From an uncultured Pelagibacteraceae bacterium (lineage in GTDB: Bacteria; Pseudomonadota; Alphaproteobacteria; Pelagibacterales; Pelagibacteraceae), in contig CACDQG010000001.1 of NCBI GenBank assembly GCA_902554785.1, positions 45,246 to 109,245 on the forward strand: a stretch of DNA of 64,000 bases, read 5' to 3'. Within the stretch, counting starts at the first letter, position 1; the number at the start of each line of letters is the position of its first letter. A program made the position numbers and the translations under genes. This document shows, in pieces, positions 52,896-61,966 of the stretch. The notes beneath the pieces were generated by a model that worked only from the letters and a program-made list of their open reading frames with translations, was not told where the DNA came from and made no database searches.

Positions 52896-54563
52896 TTATT
52901 CCTCGATTATGTCAATTAATTTTGCATCAGGAAAAGCCGATTCTATTTCTTGTGCAATTTTATTTTTTTTAAATTCTAGTATTTGTGTCTTTTTATTTTC
53001 TAAGTTTTGTTCATATATACTTTTTGCGTCATTATTTTTACTTAAAGATATTATCCACCTATCGCCAGTCCATTGAAGCAGTTTTTCACTTAAGTTTTTT
53101 ATAAAATTTTTATTTAATTTGTCGTTGAAACTAATATCAATCTTTCCTTTATTAAAACTAACGAGTTTTACATTTCTCTCTAAGTCAAATTTCAATTCAA
53201 TTTCCTTATCTTTGTCAGCGTAATTTATTAAATCCTGGAAACTTGTAATTTTTACCTCTGATTTATTATTTTTGTTATTAATATTTTTAATTGGATTTGT
53301 TTTAATTTGATTTGTGCTTTTTAATTGATTTTGAATTTTATTAGTAAGGTTTGCCTCAGAAGTCGGGTTGATAATTTTTTTTTCTGGGAAATTATCTTGG
53401 TTGTTCCTTATAGCAGTTTGATCAATTTCAGTTTCTTTCTTATCATCTAACTTTTTTAGATGTACTAATTGCATTATATACATTTCAAGAGTTAAATTTT
53501 CATTTCCAACTATTCGAAGATCATCAATAGTTTTAATTGTGAGTTGCCAAAATAATCCTATATCTTGCATATCAATATTTTTGGAGTACTCATCAACCAT
53601 CTGCACCTCGGACTCTGATACTGACATATCTTTTTGTATAGGGCCTAAATTTATTCTTCTACTAAAAAGATATAAAACTTCTAAAATGTCATTAAGAAAA
53701 TTTTTTGCGTCCAAACCATTATTTATTAGCTCTTTCAAATAACTTAAAGCTTGTTTTTCATTGCCACTTAAAACTTCTTTAAACAAAGTAATTATCTTAC
53801 TTTTTTCTGCAAGACCCAACATTTCTCTAACATCTTGATCAGTGATAGGTTTATCTTCACTAGTCGATTGAGAAATTAGTGCTCTATCCAGAAGGGATAT
53901 AGAATCTCTAACTGATCCTTCTGAAGTCCTAGCAATTAATCTAATTGCGTCGTCCGTGATTTTACCGCTTTCTTTAATTATGATATCTTTTAAATGACTG
54001 CAAAGTTTTTCGATGCTTACCCTCTTAAGGTCAAACCTTTGGCATCGAGATAAAATCGTCACAGGTATTTTTCTCACTTCTGTCGTTGCTAAGATAAACT
54101 TTAAGCTTGGTGGTGGTTCTTCTAAAGTTTTTAATAAACCATTAAAAGCTTGTTTTGAGAGCATGTGAACCTCATCAATTATAAATATTTTATACTTAGC
54201 ACTAGTAGGACTGTACTTAGAATTTTCAATTAGCTCTCTAATATCATCAATACCTGTTTTAGAAGCTGCATCCATTTCTAAAATATCTATATGACTTGAG
54301 ATTATTATTTCTTTACAGGTTGAACAAAAATTCTCACTTGAACATTCTATTTTTGAATTATTATTTTTCTCGCAATTCAAAGCTTTTGCTATTAATCTTG
54401 CGGTTGTAGTTTTACCTACTCCTCTAATTCCGGTAAGAAGGTAGGCATTAGGAGTTTTGCCAAGTTTAATGGCATTAATTATAGTTTGAGCCATTACTTC
54501 TTGACCGATAAGGTCTTTAAATTCTTGAGGTCTATATTTAAGTGCTAATATTTTATTTGTCAT
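52896..54563 (-). CDS. dnaX: DNA polymerase III subunit gamma/tau
   Basis: KYRP..F..LIGQ, G.RG.GKTT.AR, DEVHML and SRC motifs; ATG at 54563. Confidence 0.96.
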   Translation of the reverse strand: MTNKILALKYRPQEFKDLIGQEVMAQTIINAIKLGKTPNAYLLTGIRGVGKTTTARLIAKALNCEKNNNSKIECSSENFCSTCKEIIISSHIDILEMDAASKTGIDDIRELIENSKYSPTSAKYKIFIIDEVHMLSKQAFNGLLKTLEEPPPSLKFILATTEVRKIPVTILSRCQRFDLKRVSIEKLCSHLKDIIIKESGKITDDAIRLIARTSEGSVRDSISLLDRALISQSTSEDKPITDQDVREMLGLAEKSKIITLFKEVLSGNEKQALSYLKELINNGLDAKNFLNDILEVLYLFSRRINLGPIQKDMSVSESEVQMVDEYSKNIDMQDIGLFWQLTIKTIDDLRIVGNENLTLEMYIMQLVHLKKLDDKKETEIDQTAIRNNQDNFPEKKIINPTSEANLTNKIQNQLKSTNQIKTNPIKNINNKNNKSEVKITSFQDLINYADKDKEIELKFDLERNVKLVSFNKGKIDISFNDKLNKNFIKNLSEKLLQWTGDRWIISLSKNNDAKSIYEQNLENKKTQILEFKKNKIAQEIESAFPDAKLIDIIEE

Positions 54564-54570
54564 TTTTTTA

Positions 54571-54660
54571 GAGGCAGGCAACAACCTGAAAAATTTTCAC
54601 TACGGCTGCTTCTTTTCAGACCTGACCGGGTTTATGAAACATCCACCTGATGCCAACCTC
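54571..54660 (-). ncRNA. ffs: Signal recognition particle RNA (4.5S)
   Basis: Minus-strand CCCGGTCAGGTCTGAAAAGAAGCAGCC domain-IV motif; paired ends GAGG...CCTC; typical position upstream of dnaX. Confidence 0.92.
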
Positions 54661-54666
54661 AATATG

Positions 54667-54696
54667 ATTATATCAAGATAAATTTAAATTCTACAA
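54667..54696 (-). promoter_or_regulatory. Sigma70 promoter of ffs-dnaX-ybaB-recR
   Basis: TTGTAG-N18-TATAAT with extended -10 (TGA-TATAAT), 6 nt before the SRP RNA 5' end. Confidence 0.7.
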
Positions 54697-54718
54697 GGGT
54701 AGAATCTAATTTTGTGGA

Positions 54719-55561
54719 CTATTTTTGCCTGAAATGTGAAGCCTCGTAAACACCCAGTATATCTAAAGTTTCTGTATGAAACCCAAGTTCTTCTAGTGCC
54801 TTTTTTACTCCAGGTTGTTCTATATGACCTTCTAAATCTAGATAAAAGTTTGCTTGATCAAAAGTATTCTTCACAGAAAAACTTTCAAGCTTTGTTAAAT
54901 TCACTTGATTGGTAGCAAAACCTCCAAGACATTTGTATAGGGCTGAGGGTTCACTTTTTACTCTGAAAATACAACTGGTAATAAATTTTTTCTTGATGCT
55001 AAAATCTGGTTGTTCAATATCTTTTCCCATTATTAAGAAACGTGTAACATTACCTTTTTCGTCTTCAATATTTTTTTCTAAAATTTTCAAATTATAAATT
55101 TTGGCTGAAAGTCCAGATGCAATTGCAGCTATAGAGTTATCGTTCCCCTCTGCTAAGTCTTTTGCTGAACCTGCTGTATCAGCTGAAATTATTGGTTTAA
55201 ATTTTTTCTTATTTATCAAATTTTGACATTGCCCGATAGCTTGGGCGTGGCTTCTAACATACTTTATGTCCTTTATTTCAGCACCAGGCTTGCAGAGTAA
55301 ATTATGTTCTACTTCTTGAAAGTGTTCTCCATGAATTTGTAATTTATACTTTGGGAGTAAATAATGAATATCAGCTACTCGACCTGCCAAAGAATTTTCA
55401 ATGGGTATTACAATTTTATAATTTGCGTCGTTGTAGGCTTGTTTAAAAGTTTCTTCAAAAGTTGTGCAAGTTTTAATTTCAACATCCTGAAAAAGATTTT
55501 CAACAGCAATATGTGAGTACGCACCAAGTTCACCTTGAATTGCAATTTTTTTTTTTATCAT
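54719..55561 (-). CDS. pheA: Prephenate dehydratase
   Basis: QG..GAYS, PIENS..G.V, SH.QA..QC and N.TRF motifs; ACT domain NLTKLES. Confidence 0.94.
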   Translation of the reverse strand: MIKKKIAIQGELGAYSHIAVENLFQDVEIKTCTTFEETFKQAYNDANYKIVIPIENSLAGRVADIHYLLPKYKLQIHGEHFQEVEHNLLCKPGAEIKDIKYVRSHAQAIGQCQNLINKKKFKPIISADTAGSAKDLAEGNDNSIAAIASGLSAKIYNLKILEKNIEDEKGNVTRFLIMGKDIEQPDFSIKKKFITSCIFRVKSEPSALYKCLGGFATNQVNLTKLESFSVKNTFDQANFYLDLEGHIEQPGVKKALEELGFHTETLDILGVYEASHFRQK

Positions 55562-56292
55562 TTTTTTTCCATTAGTTTTTTAACTTGAGCTAAATCTCTC
55601 TCAGTATCAACACTTAAAGGTGGTGAACCAATGTATCCTACATGAATTGACATGCCATTTTCCATAGCTCTTAGTTGTTCTAACTTTCTTTCTAATTCAA
55701 GTTTTGACCTGTTAAGGTTTACATACCTTAACAATGCTTTACTAGTAAAGGCATATATTCCTATGTGATGATAAGCTTCTAGACCAGATTTTGGTTCATT
55801 TCTTATGAAATCTAAAGCCTTGCTAAAAAAACCAGTTTTAATCTTTTCCTTAACTAAAACTTTAACAATGTTTGGATCCTTCATTTCATCGCTTAAAGCA
55901 AATTCGCTTGCGAGAGTTCCAATATCACAATGTCCTTTTTTCATATAAGTAATTAGATCTTTAATTGCTTCAGGGTCGATATTTGGCATATCTCCTTGCA
56001 GATTAACTATTATACTTGGATTTTTTTTCAAAGTTTTATTAAAAACTTCAAAAACCCTGTCTGTTCCAGTTTGATGATTTTCGGAAGTAATTATTGCATT
56101 ACCACCATTGTCTTTAATTATATCTATTATTTTTTTGTCTGGTGAAGCTACATAAACTTCCCCTGAATTTGATTTGATGGCTGCATCATAAACGTGAAGA
56201 ATCATTTCTTTGTTATCAATAAGTTTTAAGGGTTTATTAGGTAATCTTTGAGCATCCAATCTTGAGGGTATTATTATTGCAGTTTTATTCAT
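55558..56292 (-). CDS. kdsB: 3-deoxy-manno-octulosonate cytidylyltransferase
   Basis: IIP.R....RLP.KPL, GTDR, NLQGD.P, HIGIY and LEQLR motifs. Confidence 0.95.
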   Translation of the reverse strand: MNKTAIIIPSRLDAQRLPNKPLKLIDNKEMILHVYDAAIKSNSGEVYVASPDKKIIDIIKDNGGNAIITSENHQTGTDRVFEVFNKTLKKNPSIIVNLQGDMPNIDPEAIKDLITYMKKGHCDIGTLASEFALSDEMKDPNIVKVLVKEKIKTGFFSKALDFIRNEPKSGLEAYHHIGIYAFTSKALLRYVNLNRSKLELERKLEQLRAMENGMSIHVGYIGSPPLSVDTERDLAQVKKLMEKK

Positions 56293-56297
56293 AATTA

Positions 56298-56314
56298 TGC
56301 GTCCTAGAGACGCA
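56298..56314. promoter_or_regulatory. Perfect dyad TGCGTC-N5-GACGCA (RegA/PrrA-like box) between kdsB and cytochrome c
   Basis: GC-rich palindrome in an AT-rich spacer; fits GCGNC-N5-GNCGC. Confidence 0.5.
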
Positions 56315-56385
56315 AAAAAATTTAGTAATTTTAAGTTTTTTTTTAAAAACTCGTGTTATACGTCTTATAAGTATTTACCAAAATT

Positions 56386-56931
56386 ATGGATAGTTTTGAA
56401 ATAAATAAAATTATAGCCGCGGTCCTTCTTACAGCCCTAATTGTTATTGGTATTGGAAAATTCACAGACATATTATTTCATGTAGAGAAACCTGAGCAAA
56501 CAGCCTATAAAGTTGAAGGATTGGAAGTCGCCTCAACTAGTGGTGTGACTGAGTCTTCTGAAAAGGTTCCAGAAGTAGTAGATATAAAAGCTTTATTGGC
56601 TATGGGAGACCTGGCGCACGGAGAAAAAGTTTTTAAAAAATGTAGCGCTTGTCACATGATTGCAGCTGGTGGTAAAAACATGATAGGTCCAAATTTATGG
56701 AATGTGATTGGAAGAACAGCCGGTTCGGTAAGCGATTATAAATATTCTAAAGCAATGGTTGCTTACGCGAAAGAATGGTCTTTTGAAGAAATGAATAGTT
56801 ACTTAATTAAACCGCAAGCATACATTAAAGGAACTAAAATGGCTTTTGCCGGACTTAGAAAAGAAAAAGACAGAGCGTCAGTTATTTTATATATGAATTC
56901 AAAAGGTGATAATCCAAAACCTTTACCCTAA
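56386..56931 (+). CDS. cycM: Membrane-anchored cytochrome c (CycM/cy type)
   Basis: N-terminal TM (MDSFE.NK..AA.L), CSACH heme motif, GPNL and GTKM.FAG motifs. Confidence 0.9.
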   Translation: MDSFEINKIIAAVLLTALIVIGIGKFTDILFHVEKPEQTAYKVEGLEVASTSGVTESSEKVPEVVDIKALLAMGDLAHGEKVFKKCSACHMIAAGGKNMIGPNLWNVIGRTAGSVSDYKYSKAMVAYAKEWSFEEMNSYLIKPQAYIKGTKMAFAGLRKEKDRASVILYMNSKGDNPKPLP

Positions 56932-57854
56932 TCAATACACCATTTAATAATACTTTTTTGAGCATGCACTCTATTTAGTGCTTGTCTCCAAACTACTGAT
57001 TGGTTTCCATCTATTACTTCGTTCGTAACCTCTTCTCCTCTTCCTACTGGAAGGCAGTGCATAAAAATAGCGTCTGAATTAGCTTTGCTCATTAATTTCT
57101 TATTAACCTGGTAAGGTTTTAAAGTTTTCTTTTTAGAAACTTTATTTACTTTATCATTCATTGAAACCCATTTGTCAGTCATTACACAATCAGCACCTGT
57201 AGCTGCTTCTAAAGGTTTTGAAGTAATTGTTAATTTTACTTTCTCCTTTTTCGCTAGCTTCAATATACTTTTACTCGGAGAATATTTTTTTGGACAACCA
57301 ATATTAAGTTTAAAATTAAATTTCCCTGCAGCTTCTATCAAGGAATTTGACATATTATTATTACCATCTCCAATCCAAGAAACAGTTTTATCTTCGATAG
57401 AACCGTTGCTTTCCTCATAAGTAAGAATATCAGACATTATCTGACATGGATGGCTCAAATCTGAAAGGCCATTAATAATAGGGACATCTAAATGCTTTCC
57501 GAACTCCTCTAAATTTTTGTGAGATGAAGTTCTCAACATAACAATATCAACATACTCAGATAAAACTTTTGCGGTATCTTTTAAAGTCTCATCTCCCTTT
57601 CCGTAATGTATTCCATCTGGATTTAAAATAATTGATGATCCACCTAATTGTTTAACAGCAATGTCAAATGACATTCTTGTTCTTGTTGAGGGCTTTTCAA
57701 AAATCATAGCCATCGACTTACCTTCAAAGGGCTTATCTTTATCAGGTGCAGATTTATTTAATCCAGATCTATTTTGTTTTCTCCTTTTTGCTTCTTCAAT
57801 AATCGCTCTAAGCTCTACTGAAGAACAGTCAGAGATATTTATAAAGTTTTTCAT
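56928..57854 (-). CDS. argF: Ornithine carbamoyltransferase
   Basis: FEKPSTRTR, HPCQ, GDG.NN, W.SM and HCLP motifs. Confidence 0.96.
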   Translation of the reverse strand: MKNFINISDCSSVELRAIIEEAKRRKQNRSGLNKSAPDKDKPFEGKSMAMIFEKPSTRTRMSFDIAVKQLGGSSIILNPDGIHYGKGDETLKDTAKVLSEYVDIVMLRTSSHKNLEEFGKHLDVPIINGLSDLSHPCQIMSDILTYEESNGSIEDKTVSWIGDGNNNMSNSLIEAAGKFNFKLNIGCPKKYSPSKSILKLAKKEKVKLTITSKPLEAATGADCVMTDKWVSMNDKVNKVSKKKTLKPYQVNKKLMSKANSDAIFMHCLPVGRGEEVTNEVIDGNQSVVWRQALNRVHAQKSIIKWCID

Positions 57855-59018
57855 TTAAAATTTTTTGCAAACTTTCTCTATTATTTTTAAACCTAAGTTT
57901 ATTTCGCTCTTTGTTACATTCAAAGGAGGCAAAAGTCTGACAACATTTTCAGCAGCTCTTACTGTCAATAAATTATTATCTAAAAGTTTTTGAATAAATT
58001 TAGCTTGATTTACGTGAAGACAAAGTCCAATCAGTAATCCTTTGCCTCTAACCTCTTTAATAATCTTAGGATACTTATTTTTGATTTTATCAAGTTGATT
58101 TAAAAAATATTTTCCATTTATATTTACATTGTTTAAGAAACCTTTTTTAAACATGATATCCATGACAGCATTTCCAGCGCTCATTGCTAAAGGGTTCCCT
58201 CCAAACGTTGAACCGTGCGTTCCAGGCTTCATGCCTGATGCTACTTTTTTATTAACTAAAACTGCACCTATTGGAAAGCCACCGCCGATCCCTTTTGCTA
58301 TTGGGACAATATCAGGTTTGATTTTTGCATATTCAAAAGCAAAAAATTTACCACTTCTTCCGATGCCGCATTGTACTTCATCTAGAATTAATAAAATTTT
58401 TTTCTTATTACATAGTTTTCTTAAGCCTTTGAGACAAAAATCTGGAATAACTTTAATGCCCCCTTCTCCCATTATTGTCTCAACCATGATAGCAGCAGTT
58501 CTGCTGGTTATCGATTTTTCTAAACCTTTGTGATCACCAAAGTTAAAGTGATCAAAACCATCTACTTTAGGTTTAAAACCCTCAATAGCTTTTTTACTGT
58601 TACTAGCAAAAATAGCTGCGATAGTTCTCCCATGGAAACTATTATTAATACAAAGAACTCTATTTTTTCTTGGTTGACCTTTTGAATAAAAATATCTTCT
58701 AGCAAATTTTATAGCTGCCTCTGTTGCTTCTGCACCAGAATTTTGAAAGGTTACATAGTCTGCAAATGTTTTTTGGGCAAGTCTTTTCGCTAATCTCTCT
58801 TGCTCAGGGATAGTGAAAACATTTGAAACGTGCCACAATTTTTTAGATTGTTTATTAATAGATTTTATTAAATAGTCATTAGCATGACCAAGGCAATTTA
58901 CAGCAATTCCTTGAACGAAATCTAAATATTTCTTTCCATTAGTTGTATATAAGAAACTTCCTTTTCCCTTGGAAAAAGAGATTTTTTTTCTGTTATAAGT
59001 ATTTAAAATTTTACTCAT
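57855..59018 (-). CDS. argD: Acetylornithine aminotransferase
   Basis: NSGAEA.E, FHGRT, DEVQ.G.GR.G, AKG.GGG.P and HGSTFGGNP motifs; next to argF. Confidence 0.92.
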   Translation of the reverse strand: MSKILNTYNRKKISFSKGKGSFLYTTNGKKYLDFVQGIAVNCLGHANDYLIKSINKQSKKLWHVSNVFTIPEQERLAKRLAQKTFADYVTFQNSGAEATEAAIKFARRYFYSKGQPRKNRVLCINNSFHGRTIAAIFASNSKKAIEGFKPKVDGFDHFNFGDHKGLEKSITSRTAAIMVETIMGEGGIKVIPDFCLKGLRKLCNKKKILLILDEVQCGIGRSGKFFAFEYAKIKPDIVPIAKGIGGGFPIGAVLVNKKVASGMKPGTHGSTFGGNPLAMSAGNAVMDIMFKKGFLNNVNINGKYFLNQLDKIKNKYPKIIKEVRGKGLLIGLCLHVNQAKFIQKLLDNNLLTVRAAENVVRLLPPLNVTKSEINLGLKIIEKVCKKF

Positions 59019-59827
59019 GATTTTATTTTATAACCTTTTTTATACAATAAATAACAAACAAGCCAGCTAACAAAGCTTAAGCTAGTTAAATATACCAAAC
59101 CAATAGAAATTGAACCGTCTGAAGAACCAATAAAACTATATCTAAAACCATCGATCATATAAAAAAATGGATTAACTTTACTTACCGCTTGCAAAAAGGC
59201 AGGGAGTCTCTCTATTGAATAAAAAGTGCCTGATAAGAAAGATAATGGAACTATTACAAAATTAGTAACTGTTGCCATATGATCGAATTTTTCAGCCCAT
59301 AATCCTGCAATTATTCCTATGTTTCCTAAAATAAATGAAGAAAGCAAAGTAAAAGCTATAAGCGTTAAATAGTTTTTGATTTCAATATCAATAATTAAAT
59401 GAAATACAATAATCGAAACTATTCCAATTACGACGCTTCTTGTTACAGCTGCAAGTGAAACTGAGATGGTAACTTCTCCTGCAGATAAGGGGGCAAATAA
59501 TAAATCAACTATAGTTCCATCAATTTTTTTAATCATAAAAGATGATGAAGAATGAGAAAAGGATTGCTGAATTACCTGCATTGAAATCAACCCTGGCGCT
59601 AAAAAAGTAATAAAAGGTACTCCAAGAACATCTCCTCTATCTGCTCCAATGGCTAGAGATAAAACAAGTAAAAAGAGTAAAGATGAAACTAGTGGGGAAA
59701 AAATAGTTTGTATCCACACAATTAAGAATCTTAGAACTTCTTTTTTATATAAAGTCCATGTTCCGTACCAATTAACTAATCCAAATCTTCTTTTTCCAAT
59801 TTTATATTTTTTCGAAATTTCAACCAT
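59015..59827 (-). CDS. ABC-2 type transporter permease (YadH-like)
   Basis: KEV.RF, F..PGL, PL.FLSG.FY and NP..Y.IDGFR motifs. Confidence 0.88.
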   Translation of the reverse strand: MVEISKKYKIGKRRFGLVNWYGTWTLYKKEVLRFLIVWIQTIFSPLVSSLLFLLVLSLAIGADRGDVLGVPFITFLAPGLISMQVIQQSFSHSSSSFMIKKIDGTIVDLLFAPLSAGEVTISVSLAAVTRSVVIGIVSIIVFHLIIDIEIKNYLTLIAFTLLSSFILGNIGIIAGLWAEKFDHMATVTNFVIVPLSFLSGTFYSIERLPAFLQAVSKVNPFFYMIDGFRYSFIGSSDGSISIGLVYLTSLSFVSWLVCYLLYKKGYKIKS

Positions 59828-59963
59828 TGATAGTCTTATAACCTGTTATTAAAAAAACTGTGCAAAACTAAATCTACTCACAGCTTTGATGCGTTTTAAT
59901 GTTTTAAACCCCAATATTATGCCCTAAGTTTTTATAAATTACTAAATATTGTAATTATATACT

Positions 59964-60458
59964 ATGAGTTGGACAGAAGAAAAAGTCGCTAAATTAAAAG
60001 AACTCTGGTCTAAAGGGCATACTGCAAGTCAGATCGCTGAAGCATTAGGTGACACTACTAGAAACGCAGTAATTGGAAAAGCTCATAGGTTAAATTTAGA
60101 AGCTAGAGCGCCTTCTAAGCAATCTAATTCGCCTAGAACCAATGATAATAAGCAGATTAGAAGAGGACCCGCGCCAACATCAAGAAAAGCCAAATTTCAA
60201 TCAATTTTATTAGACAAAAACTTCGAGCCAGAAAACCCTAAATCACTTGAAGAACTTACAGATGAAACTTGTAAGTGGCCTATCGGTCACCCTAATGAGG
60301 AAAAGTTCTATTTTTGCGGTAGAAAACCTGAAGGAGATTTTCCTTATTGCAAACTTCATGTTTTGTATGCCTTTCAACCTAAAAATCAAAAAGACGATGA
60401 TCTTGGTGATGAGATACCAGAATTTATCGAGAAAAAAGTTAAAGCCTCGTCTGGTTAA
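59964..60458 (+). CDS. gcrA: Cell-cycle regulator GcrA
   Basis: MSWT.E....LK.LW..G..ASQIA, RNAVIGKAHRL, CKWPIG.P and FCG...PYC..H motifs. Confidence 0.95.
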   Translation: MSWTEEKVAKLKELWSKGHTASQIAEALGDTTRNAVIGKAHRLNLEARAPSKQSNSPRTNDNKQIRRGPAPTSRKAKFQSILLDKNFEPENPKSLEELTDETCKWPIGHPNEEKFYFCGRKPEGDFPYCKLHVLYAFQPKNQKDDDLGDEIPEFIEKKVKASSG

Positions 60459-60491
60459 CAAAACTTTAACATTACAATCATATAATTGATT

Positions 60492-60719
60492 ATGAAGTTT
60501 ATTAAAAAATACCTTAAATGGTTAAGTACTTTTTTAGTTCTTACAGGTATTTTATTAACAAATTTGAATATGTATCCAGTAAATATAATGTTTCATGGAG
60601 CGGGAGTTGTTGGTTGGACAATTGCAGGTTTTATTTCTAAGGATAAAGCAATATTAACCAATTTTGGGTTACAGATTCCATTATTTATTATTGGTTTTTA
60701 TCAAATTTTGGTTCCGTAA
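60492..60719 (+). CDS. Small three-TM membrane protein of unknown function (DUF6552-like)
   Basis: KW.....L.G..L...N.YP.N ... W..AG....D.A....N pattern; ATG at 60492. Confidence 0.6.
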   Translation: MKFIKKYLKWLSTFLVLTGILLTNLNMYPVNIMFHGAGVVGWTIAGFISKDKAILTNFGLQIPLFIIGFYQILVP

Positions 60720-60745
60720 GTTCGGGACACTTCAATACATTTTTT

Positions 60746-61189
60746 ATGAGTAAAATAAAAACAATATTATTTGTTTGTACTGGAAACTCTGCGAGAAGCA
60801 TAATAGCGGAAAGTATTGTAAACAATAATTTCCGAAATCAATTCATCGCATTTAGCGCTGGAAGTAATCCTTCAGGGAAAATCAATCCCTACATTAAAGA
60901 GTATCTTGAAGGAAAAAAATTTAATTTAGCCACGTATTATTCGAAAAATTTTGATGAATTTTTAAAAAATGATATTGATATTGATTACGTGATTACAGTT
61001 TGTAATAACGCCAATAAAGAAGTTTGTCCTGTATGGCCCAAAAAAAAAACCATTACGCACTGGGACATCGCGGACCCTGTTGAAAAAATTAAAAAAACTA
61101 AAAATAAAGATAAAATAAATTTAATAGCTGAAGAAACTTATAATATAATTAATGAAAAAATTAAACATTGGGTAAAAAATGAAAAGTAA
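60746..61189 (+). CDS. arsC: Thioredoxin-dependent arsenate reductase (LMW-PTP fold)
   Basis: P-loop CTGNSARS, resolving pair TVC.......CP, HW...DP. Confidence 0.88.
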   Translation: MSKIKTILFVCTGNSARSIIAESIVNNNFRNQFIAFSAGSNPSGKINPYIKEYLEGKKFNLATYYSKNFDEFLKNDIDIDYVITVCNNANKEVCPVWPKKKTITHWDIADPVEKIKKTKNKDKINLIAEETYNIINEKIKHWVKNEK

Positions 61190-61826
61190 AAAGATATTTA
61201 TTGGTGAATTTATAGGAAGTTGTTTTTTAGTCATGATTATTGTTGGTTCAGGTATTATGGCTCAAAATCTAACTGATGATATCGCTGTAATGTTAATAGC
61301 GAATACTTTAGCTACAGGTGCAGGATTATTTGTTCTGATTACTTCAATCGGTGATATCTCCGGCGCACATTTCAATCCTGTCGTTACTTTAGCAATGTAT
61401 TTTACCAACAAGATTAAAAAAAATTTAATTATCACTTATATCTCTGCTCAAATCTTAGGTTGCATGTTAGGGGTAATGTTAGCAAATTTTATGTTTGATC
61501 TTCCTTTGTTGCAGCTTTCACAGAAGATAAGACCTGGAATAAATATTTTTACAGCTGAGATCATTGCAACTTTTGGATTAATTTTTGTAATATTTGGATC
61601 TTTAAAGAGCGGCAAACTTGCGGTCGCTTCATCAGTAGCTACTTTTATAACAGCGGGGTATTGGTTTACCTCTTCAACTTCTTTTGCAAATCCAGCGGTA
61701 GCAATCGCAAGAACTTTTACAGACACATTTACTGGAATTAATTACTTAAATACTCCTAGCTATATCATTGCTGAGATGCTTGGTGGAATATTGGCTGTCT
61801 ATTTAATCAGAAAAATTATTTTGTAA
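61179..61826 (+). CDS. MIP/aquaglyceroporin, probable arsenite channel (AqpS-like)
   Basis: SGAHFNPV and YWFTSSTSFANPA motifs; overlaps the arsC stop. Confidence 0.85.
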   Translation: MKSKKIFIGEFIGSCFLVMIIVGSGIMAQNLTDDIAVMLIANTLATGAGLFVLITSIGDISGAHFNPVVTLAMYFTNKIKKNLIITYISAQILGCMLGVMLANFMFDLPLLQLSQKIRPGINIFTAEIIATFGLIFVIFGSLKSGKLAVASSVATFITAGYWFTSSTSFANPAVAIARTFTDTFTGINYLNTPSYIIAEMLGGILAVYLIRKIIL

Positions 61827-61834
61827 TTGGAGGC

Positions 61835-61865
61835 CAGCCCAAGGAAATATTGATACCTTGGGCTG
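61835..61865. other. 10-bp GC-rich hairpin between the convergent aquaporin and ppx genes
   Basis: CAGCCCAAGG-N11-CCTTGGGCTG; no clean U-tract on either strand. Confidence 0.7.
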
Positions 61866-61966
61866 ATGGGCTAATTAATTAACAACACAGTTGGGAGACT
61901 GATAATCAGTTAATAATATATAAATGCTAAAAAAATATTTAAATTAAGTTAAAGATTTATTAATTT

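Noticed and set aside
52896-54563. Programmed frameshift producing DnaX gamma
   Set aside because: A-runs are ubiquitous in this genome and no convincing slippery site with a stimulatory hairpin was identified
54564-54584. TTG-start extension of dnaX
   Set aside because: Lies in the 3' end of the SRP RNA; ATG 54563 matches the DnaX N-terminus
59890-59912. TTAA repeats upstream of gcrA as a CtrA box
   Set aside because: Spacing is N4, not N7, and TTAA is very frequent here
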